From Lytechinus pictus (lineage: Eukaryota): 64,000 bases of DNA. Within the stretch, counting starts at the first letter, position 1. Each line of letters starts with the position of its first letter. Made by a program: the position numbers and the translations under genes. Of the stretch, positions 28,934 through 39,578 are shown piece by piece. The stretch covers positions 24,306,001 through 24,370,000 of the forward strand of contig NC_087251.1 in NCBI RefSeq assembly GCF_037042905.1. The letters are read 5' to 3'. The notes below the pieces were generated by a model. It was given only the letters and a program-made list of their open reading frames with translations. It made no database searches and was not told the origin of the DNA.

Positions 28934-29212
28934 AATAGAATAGTATGCATTATTCATGATAAACAAACCGGCGAATGTGTCAAGCACGAGTGAGCGGCCG
29001 CATGCCTTCCCGAATGACAACAAACACAGAGTAAATTGATCAGCCCAACAGACAACATACTGCAGCATTCAATACAAGGCGGTAACATCCTTCCTATTCC
29101 CGAAGTAAAGGACAACATATTTTTATCATCAATTCTAGGCATTAATAACCATCATCTGATCTCCCATTTCAGGCCATTTTGGGGGAGAATTTGCTGGGAT
29201 TCGGACGTCAAC

Positions 29213-29413
29213 ATGGCACCGCAGACGAGTGATAGTGACAATAATGTATCAGCGGAGGAGATGATGGCTAAAGATTGTGTTTGGATCTTCGGCTATGGCT
29301 CCCTGATATGGCATCCCAACTTTGAATACACGGAGAAAAAGATTGGCTACGTCAAAGGATATGTGACTAGGTTCTGGCAAGGCAGTATATCACATCGAGG
29401 TACACCAGATAAG
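29213..29413 (+). CDS. CHAC1: ChaC-family glutathione-specific gamma-glutamylcyclotransferase (CHAC1-like), coding exon 1
   Basis: ATG at 29213 in context acATGG. Translates MAPQTSD...CVWIFGYGSLIWHPNFEYTEKKIGYVKGYVTRFWQGSISHRGTPDK, containing the ChaC signatures WIFGYGSL and RFWQG..HRG. Ends at donor AAG|GTAGGA (GT at 29414), phase 0. Confidence 0.93.
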
Positions 29414-30889
29414 GTAGGAATTTTCAAGTTGTTTTTCATTGATTTCTTGCAGAATTCCATATGGTATGGAGCAGTCATGGTAGAAACTAAACATGTCACG
29501 TTTCAGAGACATTTCAAGCACTTTCCTTTTAATTCAATCAACATATTATTATAATCAAAGTCTGTGAGGTTCATTCCTCTCCAATATATGTCAAATTAGT
29601 TCGATTAAGGCTGCAGATCTACTTTTAAAATGAATAAAACAATGAGCAATACTAGTATACCAGTAATACTAGTAATGTTTCTATCTCTTTAATGTCAAAG
29701 AATGATAACAACTAGACTATACTAACATAATAAGACAAGTTCGATATAAGATGCAACTTGAGCCTTGAACCAAATATGTTAAAATTATATTTTGTACAGT
29801 GTAGTCATGGCCAGGGCATGCAGGGTCGTCCATCCATGTTTCAGATGGTGGGGGGGGGGGGGGTCAAAATACAGAATTTACATGTGGAGGGCAATGAAAA
29901 ATTAACAACTTTATTTATATGTTCAAGAGTATTTTCGTGCCAAGTTCAATGGTTTTGTAGTGCTTTCCAATGGGTTTTAAAACATATATTTCCATTGTAT
30001 ATTATTAATTTTCAAGTTTTCAGAATTTATGATAGAGGGGCAAATTAATATGTTTTCTCCCCCTAAAAAATAATTTCATGGGGGGCAGTGATTGCTTCAT
30101 TTATTCCTTTACAGTATTGGCTATTCCGCTATGCTCTGGTGGATTCCTGTTTGTTCCTAAAACCATACATTACATATGCATACTCAACCTGTAGGCCTAT
30201 GAGTAATAGTTTGGGTGAATGAAATCCTGCACGCCTCATGAACCCACATTGATCCTCTGAAGTTCCTCCGAAACCTCAGAATTGTGGTTTTTAGACACCA
30301 TCATAGGGAAAGAATGTCATATTCAAGATGATGACATCATGGAAGAAAAAACAGTATTACAATGGATGATATCTCAGAGTAACCAGAGAAATAAGTTAGA
30401 ACATTGTGAGTCATTCAGACAGTTTTTTTTCCAAAGAGTGAAACTAATAGCATAATCTTGACTTCCTCTGGAGGATTAAATGGCTGGAATGATATCAATG
30501 ACTTGTATATCATTTGTGATAATGACCATTAACAGAATGAAACAAAACATGTCAGGACCATTGTTTGATTGTCTTTCAATGGCTCACAATGTGATAACTG
30601 TCATGTTATGGAAAAAAGAATAACTGTGAAATTGCAGTGTTGTAAAACAGTAGGAAAATAATAAAAGAATATGAGTATGAATATAATTCATTATCATTTG
30701 ATTATCATTAATGTCACATGATTAACAGAAAGAAGTTTTACATTTGCGTAGATTGGATCAATTTAGTACTGCAAGAAACACAACATGAAATGTACATTTC
30801 TGATGTTTACAATGTAATCTGTACTGATACATTTTTTGTTGCAACGTAGATATTTATTATGATTTTTTTTCTGTTCTTTTGTTATACAG

Positions 30890-30925
30890 CCTGGGAGAGT
30901 AGCGACAATGGTTGAGCAGAAAGAG
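30890..30925 (+). CDS. CHAC1: CHAC1-like, coding exon 2 (36 nt, PGRVATMVEQKE)
   Basis: Polypyrimidine tract plus TACAG acceptor (AG 30888-30889) and GAG|GTAAGC donor (30926). Phase 0/0. Supplies the conserved ChaC PGRV.T motif missing between exons 1 and 3. Not in the ORF track. Confidence 0.92.
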
Positions 30926-33900
30926 GTAAGCTTTTTCCTTGAAAGAAGACCTCGGCAAAGTTTCCCAATATTCCAATACACAAGGAACAATCACCATTCA
31001 TATTGATTACTCATTGAATGAATGAAAATGTCGAAGGATACCCAATACATGTTCACGATGCACTCAATACATTGTCAGGATGCATTGTCTATCATCTAAA
31101 AAGACAAACACAAAAGAAGAGAGAACCTAATGAACACAGTACTTAGAGTAAGATTGAATAAATGATCTACAATTTTTTTTAAAGTGGAATACCAATAAAA
31201 AAAAGTTGTGAAAGTAAACTAGAATTACCAATAGTTCACTAGAATGAATTGGCTACTATGAAAACTCTCAAATTATCAAGACATTAATATTGATCAGCAG
31301 ATATATTCGGATATAAATTACACCTTGAATGTTTCTTAGTAATCACATTCAGAAAAGACTATTAAATTCAAAAGATTCTGACCTATCATACATTTAAGTG
31401 AAACAGTGACTGATTTTATTGATCGAGCATTGTATCATCAGACTAGCTATAAAGCTGTAGCTACCTAACTTTCATCAAAATACATACACACTCTCAATAT
31501 ACTACATGTACCAGGGAGTAATTCCCTGATACTACCAAACTCCTGTTTCGTCATTTGCAAAGTCATTCCAAAAAGCTATTAAGTGCCCTAAAATAACAAG
31601 AAATTTTTATCTTAAATCTTTAATATCGCTGTTTATGAAACATTATCGATGCAATGGGTCCATTATTGATCGGCTAATATCATAATATGGTATGATATGA
31701 CCAGTGGGAAATATAAGGAGAAAAGGATACACTCTCTGATGGGCAAAAATTTCTCAGCATTTGACCTTTACAAATGACCACTGGTGATGACTTTACAATA
31801 CTGAAGTTATAGGTCAGACAGGCCTATAGAATTAAAGGCCTGCAGGGGATAATGATATAGGAATGGTTATTCATTGCAATGGCCTAGAGAGTAATGTGCC
31901 TATGTAAATGATGCTAGGGCAGTAGTAGTATGGCTGATTGTGATGTCGTGTGCTGTACCATATCGGGTCTGAATGTAGACTAGCCAGCCTTTTTGCATTC
32001 CATTTTGATTGGTACTGGTATTTGATTCAAGGTAGACAGAAGAATTACAGACTGACAAGTGACAAAATAATGACCATATCGAAACACCCCTTGGAGGGAG
32101 TAATCCAAACGGAATTATAGTAGGAAATTATTAGAAAAAAGTGAAATTCAGGACAACATGAGAAAGATATCACAAGGAAGGCAATCCTTGTTCTAGAGTA
32201 CTACCGGATGAAAACCGATCACACTGGCATACGAGGATGTACATCTATCAAAATCACTTTCATATACATGCAGATAGGCCTACCAATGTTTGACATTCAG
32301 TCTAGCCATGATTTGATTGACTTTCACTAAAACTAGGATAAGGACAAACATTTGGATAAAATTTGTGCAAATTTTGCATTAAAAAAAATGAAATTTAGCA
32401 TATAGCATTTTTTAAATGATAGATTCATGGGCTAGGAAAAAAGAGATAGGATGGGCTGGCAGAATAAATATTCCAAGGTTGTAATTGCAGGAGTGACAAT
32501 GATCATGGTTTCCTGCATTTCAACATCAAATAGGTGGAGAGATAATGGTTTAGATGAATATTATTTGAACATGAGCCATGCATTGTGTGTGTGGTGATAG
32601 ATGTTTTGAAAGACAATGATAATGTCATCACTTGGTGAAAGTCATCTGAAGGACGTTGAAAATGATGACATGACAATAGGGAGTATGTGTAAGGAAAACA
32701 TATAGTGATAAATGGAATGAAAACATGTCGTCTTCATTGAATCCAGCAAGGATAGCATACGCCTGGGTTGGGTTTCCTTGGTGACATCCGTTTATTATTC
32801 TCAATCTTCACTCCGGAAAACATGGAGTGGATTCAGAGTGATAATGAAGGACAAGCAGAAGACAATGCAAGGTTGCATCTTTTACTTAAAATGCTTTCCA
32901 ACCTTCAAATATTCAAAGATTTAATTCATTTAAATAACTACAATTGTTCACTGATCTCCTTTGCTTGGTGTTGCTCCCCTTTCACTCTCCAATTGAAATG
33001 AAATATAATTATAAATAAAATATAATTTTAAGTCTCCTGAGGATATAAGAAAATAGGATGTGATAAAAGACAAGCTTTTCATAAAGCAGATCAAGAAAAT
33101 AATTTCAATTAAAAAGGGGGGAAAAATTATAAAATTCATTTCTTGCACCAAGGAATTTGATCATTTGCACGAATAAAAACTTGTCACACAGACCTTCAGT
33201 TGGTAAACTAAATGTAAAACATGTATGCAGAATAAATAACAATGGTGTATAAAGAATAAACAATACATAATACTCTCATTTAATAAAGTGTGAATTATGT
33301 CCAAGCAATCATGTTACATAAGCAATGCATTAAAGTTTATACTGTCTGTAGGCCTTTGCATGTTATGAAAATCCTTCAAGATTTTTATTTAATTAAGTAA
33401 TGATTAATGCTCCACACCTTGATACTAAATAATTTCAGATGGAGATCCAATATACTGTCATCAGTGAAACAGATGTGACCAATAGGTTGAATGATTAGGT
33501 TATGTCACATCTGGCATTCTGTATATAACATTCGTCCTTTTATCTGTCCATTGTACTCTGCCGAGGAAAAGGTTTACATAATATAGTGTAACTTTTGGTG
33601 TTTTTACATGATACATCCACCCACTAAAAAAAAATACCTCCCATTCACAAGTGCTCTCAGTATAAGTATTTTATTTTAGTGGATGGGTGTAAAAGCCCTT
33701 AATGGTCCTTACATACATACTTGCCCACACTGCACTCTGACTTTAGAAAATAACTGGTCCTTGGTATACATAATCTAGTTGTAAACATACTTCTACCACT
33801 ACAAGAATGTTCAAATTATATTCATGATGCTATATAATAACATTGCATATGTTTGGCAATCACAGTATGGAGGTGACAACCTGAACTATGGATTTTATTT

Positions 33901-34579
33901 TCTAAAGGAATACTCTGATTTTGATTATTTTTTTGTTTTAAATTCTTGAATTTCACAATACTATTGGCACAAGCAGTGTTTCCAAAACATGTTGAATGGG
34001 AAAAGGGTTTGTTTTGTATTATGAATTTAACATAAACATCAATTCACAAACTACACATCGTAATTAAACATAATTGTACAGTATGCGACTTTCTTAACAT
34101 GTAATTCAAAGGAAACTACATGGTCTTATGTGTATATGTATTCTAAAACTTCAAAATCAGAGTCTGATTCATGATTAAAAAAAAGATATTCATACAAAAT
34201 ACATCTCTAATAGATATTAACAAAATACTAATGAACATGTTCAATATTTACAAAAGCATTTAACAAGACGTTATTGAAAGTTAATTAAAACTACTATGTA
34301 TCATTTAATGAATTTAGAGCATCTTCTATTAAGATGAAATATATTTCATTATTTATTTCCTAGCAGTCTCAATGAAAAGAGTATTTTTTTAAATTAATCA
34401 TCGTAACTAGAAATGTCTATGTATTTGAAACCATAATATTTATCCATATGCTTTTAAACTGGGAATTCACAATCCATTGGTTTGGAACATTGATGTGTAC
34501 TGAAACATGGAATTATTTAAGCATAAATGACAATGTTTAAAGAATTTTTTAAAAACCTTTTTTTCTCCTATATTTGCAG

Positions 34580-35101
34580 GGTCAAGCATGGGGTGTGGTG
34601 TTCAAGTTAGAAGGAAGTGAACAGATCACCAAGGCATTCCTACATCTCAACATGCGGGAGTGTCTTCTAGGCTGTTATCAGGTCCAACAAGTTACCTTCA
34701 ACATCGTCGGTGACAAGGACCAGTCCACGGTGCAAGCCATCGCGTTCCGAGCCACACCCGACAACGAGCTCTTTGTTGGACCAGACTCCGTCGAGACTGC
34801 GGCGAGGATTGTCGCATCTTCCTGGGGCAGAACCGGACACAATGCTGAATACTTGTTCCGCCTTGTTGATTTCATGCATAAGACAGTACCCGATGCCAAG
34901 GATAGGTACTTATTTGAACTCGAGAAGCTTACACAGAAGTTTCTAAACTGCAAATGTTCATCAAAGAAAAGTATCTCAAAGACCAGTATACGCCATAAAG
35001 GTTCTAAAGTGATTGCTCCTAGGACCAGAAGGTCAGACCAACTGCAATATTATCACAAGTGTTACCTCAGTGTCTTGCCATTGGACCAAAGTGTTCATTA
35101 A
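34580..35101 (+). CDS. CHAC1: CHAC1-like, coding exon 3 (terminal)
   Basis: Acceptor ttttctcctatatttgCAG (AG 34578-34579). Translates GQAWGVVFKL...HLNMRECLLGCY...SWGRTGHNAEYLFRL...DRYLFELE...stop TAA at 35099-35101. The catalytic RE motif is present. The RE-xx-LG-x-Y spacing resembles CHAC1 rather than CHAC2. Confidence 0.93.
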   Translation, partial: GQAWGVVFKLEGSEQITKAFLHLNMRECLLGCYQVQQVTFNIVGDKDQSTVQAIAFRATPDNELFVGPDSVETAARIVASSWGRTGHNAEYLFRLVDFMHKTVPDAKDRYLFELEKLTQKFLNCKCSSKKSISKTSIRHKGSKVIAPRTRRSDQLQYYHKCYLSVLPLDQSVH

Positions 35102-35327
35102 TGAATCTTGTACTTTATCTTTGTGTCAGCTGTGAGTTGAAACCATAGATATCTATTAAAAAAGAGAAATATATAAGAAAAAAAAAAACAATATGAAATA
35201 TGGGAGCCTTACTGTCCTTTGAAAATATATTCTATTTATAAATCATATGCTCCGTCTTGCCCAGTAAGGCATAGCTGGTATAAAAAGAAATAGGTATTTG
35301 GATTATCAGGGTTTCTAGTACGATTCC

Positions 35328-35555
35328 AGGGGGTTTTTCACAGAGAAATAATTGTGACTTGAAGTTGCTCGTCAATTCATATTATAGTTAAGTACATAGG
35401 TCTGTTTGTTACGCATTACCCAAATGGTCAGATTATGCTCAGGGGACATACGCTACTATGTAGTCAACAATTAGCTTTACACGTTACATATCATGTGTGC
35501 GTTGGCACTTCAGCATGACTTCAAGTCCTACTTAATTCTTTTTCTGAAACATCAC
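35328..35555. mobile_element. Degenerate MITE just downstream of the CHAC1 stop
   Basis: GGGGTTTTTCACAGAG..GTGACTTGAAGT versus ACTTCAAGTC..TTTCTGAAACATC imperfect inverted ends. Confidence 0.4.
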
Positions 35556-37619
35556 ACAAGTCTCCTGGATGGAACTTGAGGAATAGGCATGTGTGTGAAT
35601 ACCCACTGATGCAATTTAACAATGGGTGATTTCAAGTTCGGTGTTCGGGGTTGGTGTTGGTGTTGAGAGCGTAAAAAGGCCGCTGAACCGAGCTTCAACA
35701 CCGAGCTGGGTTCACATAGTATGTTCCAATACTTTTGAATTAACTAATAAGTGTGGCATTTATATCACTTATCCACAGGGTTGTCAGAATGCACGTAAAA
35801 TTGTAATCAAACACTCCCCCAAATCAAATGTAACTAGACTTTCAACCAATCAGAAGCATGCATCTGGAACTTGCATCAATTTTTATTTAAAACATTTTTT
35901 TGGGGGGGGGTTAGTTTTGCATTTAAAAGTGACTCTTAGCGCAATGGGACCACAGGTTCCAACTAAAGTAATTCTTTAATAACCAATGCAGGAGAGAGTG
36001 CCAATCTTAACTTCATATAACACCAAAGAAATCAAGATGATATTATGCTATGTCTACACAAGTATCAATTTTAATCAAAACCTATATGTTGTCAACCTTT
36101 TGACTACTGCTTTCTTTCTGTCCTAACAAAATAAAAGGACCATGCCTGGAGCAGTATGATGTATCTTATAAGTGATTATTTTTCACTTGTAAGTTTGAAA
36201 AGTCCTGAAAGCTTGGAATAAGTGAAAGTCATTGACAAGACACTAATGTTATCAATGAGAGATAGAGCTATATCATAGTATCATGGTATTTGAATACAGA
36301 CAGGGTCATTCTCAAAAAAATGTTACAATTCACAAAAAACGTGTCTCGACTATCTTATGGCCGCTAGCTTCACAACCCTAAACATTTTCTACAAAAATAT
36401 TATCAAGAAAATGACAATAATAGACTAGCTCCACAAAGCATATGCGACCAGTGACTAGTAAAGCTCTAATTTTATTACAAAAGCCTTTTATTTTTGCTTT
36501 TTGTTAGAATCGACACTGTCTCGGGTCAGTTTTAGATTTTACTATCATTCTCTTTCCTAAGTAGTCTGTATTTCTTACCTACATTAATGTCTAGTGAGGG
36601 CAGCTTGGTGTAAACGTCCGACATACTGCGCTTATCCTAGTATTTGATGATCCCTTTGTGATTAATTTCACTTTTAACTTTGTCCCAAATTCATTTTAAC
36701 CTCCGTAACGAATACTGCCACAAGTTTTTTCTTCCATTCATACTGAATGATATTATGTGATAATGTGTCTACAAGTAGAGTGATATTCATTAATAAATAA
36801 TTGATAGGGAATTATCCTATGTGTTTCCTGTATTACACGGAAATAAAGGACTATTCTTAAAAAATAAAAAGTATGACTAAACAGCTTTAACATCCGTAAC
36901 GCACCATAAGAAAATATGCACTTTGGCAGTTCTGTTAAGGATTCAGTATTATATAGGATAAGAGACACATTTCATAATAGATACAATTTTCAAAGGTATG
37001 GCTGCTAAATAAGGGCCACGTTGGACCATAAAGCGTAAAGACATTAACTTCCGTAACGCATTAACTTCCGTAACATTTTTTCTTGAATATGCTACAAATT
37101 TGTGCTATACTGAATCACTCCGGATCATACAGATATAAATCATATAAGGTACCGTCCACCTACTTACCCATAAAAATGATAGCTATTAATCCTTGTCAAA
37201 TTATTATTACACACCTTATTTTCAACATCAATTTGAAAAGAGGGAAAATTGCCAGCGAAAACAATTTCCCGAGAATTATATATGATATTTAATGCTTTTA
37301 GAATTTTAAATGATTCATACTACAAATTTTGAATATTGGCATCTTCTTTAGAACTTCAGATTTCTAATTTCCTTTGCTATATAAAGTGCATTAACTTCCG
37401 TAACAGTTACTGTTACGGAAGTTAATACACTTCTTTGCTGTACTTTGCTAAGATTGATAGCATGATTCTAGTTCCAGAACAGGTGACATGGCTTTGTCTA
37501 ATGCTGTAGTCGGCAGAAATGGTGTAGAGAAAGGGAAGAAGGAGAAACAATTAAGCTTTCATGGACAAGGAAAGAGACAGAAAAACTGTTTGCAATGACT
37601 CATGAGGAGGGTTAATGTA

Positions 37620-38802
37620 TTACCGATCAAAAATGTGAGCGCAAAGCGCGAGCTAAAACTAGTGTAGTCTAACCTGAAAACTTGAAATTCTAGCATTTTT
37701 TTTGTAAGAATGATCAGGATGTTATCTGAATAAACTATTAATGCGAGTACAAAGTATTAGCTGATTTTTTGTCGTATTCTGACTGAAAGCTTGACATTCT
37801 AAACACTCTTTGTACCAATCAACATGATCACAAGGATGGGTATCTTATTTGATGCGATTGTAAATTTTTTATATTTTGATATGAGAACAATAATTTTTGG
37901 ACGTTGTAATTTGAGAACAAGATATATATCCAATAAACAATTATTGCAAAGGTAAAACGCGCGCTTTTTGAGGTTTAGTCCCCCAAACGGGACATTCTAC
38001 TAATTACTTTTTGTAATCATAAAAAGGATGGGTGTCTTGCTAAGGAAATGATGCGCAGTGTGTGCGAAGCGCGAGCTGAAAATATGTGTCATTCCAATAT
38101 GAAAACCAGACATCTTAAGCACGCTTTCAAATAAAGAGGATATAAATTGAATAAAATATAATTTCATGCAATACAATACAAAAAAAAAAACAAGTGGGGA
38201 TTACATGTATGTACACCATCAATCAACTCTTTTAATATTCATGAAGATATGCATAGACTATATTGTTTCACTAAAATAATGCAAATCTTTAAAATGGCAT
38301 AACTTCGTTATTTCTTGTTCAATTTTAATCATATTTGCAGTATTTTGTTTGTCTGCTTATTATCTGTTCGAGATCATATTTTTCAGCCTGGATGACCCCT
38401 TTAATGTGCATAAAAAGCGCTTGAATAATCGATATAGGCCTACTGACATGAAAACATGGAAAGGGGTATTTCAAACACTCACGCTTTGTTGAAATTTATA
38501 AATGAAATACGTATTTCGATAATCAAACATTTTAGCTTTTTTTTATTACGAATAGGATGCGTAATTGCGTATCTCGATAAAACAAACTAATGAAAACAAA
38601 TCGCGATTAGATCATATAGATTCCATTAATAATTTATGTATTTGTGAATTTTAAGCCTCTTGTTTCATTCACCTTACTTTTTTATTATTCATTTCCCCAT
38701 GTCCTTTTCAAAATGTTTTCCCCTATTTTTCTATCTTTTTTGGCTATTGGCAAGCGGCGGGAGTCCTCGTAACCCAGAGAACTCGTCCTGGTTACGGGAC
38801 TG
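37620..38802. mobile_element. Degenerate nested repeat fragment(s) inside the 36303-40061 element
   Basis: Recurrent GCG(A/C)AAGCGCGAGCT motifs (about 37639 and 38064). A CAGT-type right end TGGTTACGGGACTG at 38789-38802. A TTAA-MITE-like right end CTGGATGACCCCTTTAA near 38404. Left boundary not found. Confidence 0.4.
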
Positions 38803-38825
38803 CGATTGTTACATTTAGTTTATTG

Positions 38826-39578
38826 CCAGAAACTTTAAAGATGAACTGTAATTCTGTGGCCCAGTTATTCGGTTTTCTCATTCCAACTTTGAACAAGAAT
38901 GACAATACAATTACAGTTTCCGTTTCCTGTTTATGTTTTTCACATTTTTTTTTTTGGGGGGGGGCGGTAAATTAAGCTATGCGTTCCACATTTATCTTTA
39001 TTTATTAAAAAAAAGGTTATACGAATACCTAAATATGGATTTTCCTAAGCTAACAAATAAATACTGCAGTTTGTAACTTGATTTAACTTCCGTAACGAAG
39101 ATTGACAAGGGTAAATGCCACTCGAGGATTTGATGGTAAAGTAATTTGGGATTCCCAGAATTGGTCATGCATTGCTTAGGATCTTGCTTAGGATTACTTA
39201 GGACCAGAAACTTGTAAGATGAACTACAATTCTGTGGCCCGGTTATTCGGTTTTCCCATTCCAACTGTGAACAAGAACGACAACAAAAATGACAGTTGTC
39301 CGTTTCCTGTTGTGTTTTTAATTTTTTTTTTATTTGAGGGGTGGGGAAATTAAGCAATGCGTTCCACATTCATCTTCAATAAACTCAAAGAAAAATGTTA
39401 TACCAAAACCTTAATATGGATGTTCCTAAGCTAACAGAATATACATGATATAAGTAGTGCAATTTGTAACTTGATTTTAACTTCCGTAACGAAGGTTGAC
39501 AAAGTTAAATGCCATTGAGAGGATTTAATGGTAAACTATCTTTTGATTCTCAACATTGGTCATACATTGCTTAGGATC
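38826..39578. repeat. Diverged tandem duplication, ~380-395-bp unit x2, inside the 36303-40061 element
   Basis: CCAGAAACTT..AAGATGAACT..AATTCTGTGGCCC.GTTATTCGGTTTTC at 38826 and 39204. Both copies continue through TTTAACTTCCGTAACGAAG to CATTGCTTAGGATCT. Confidence 0.85.

Noticed and set aside
29036..29554. 172-aa ORF as a single-exon CDS
   Set aside because: ChaC similarity begins after ATG 29213 and stops at the GT donor 29414. The flanking parts are leader and intron read-through.
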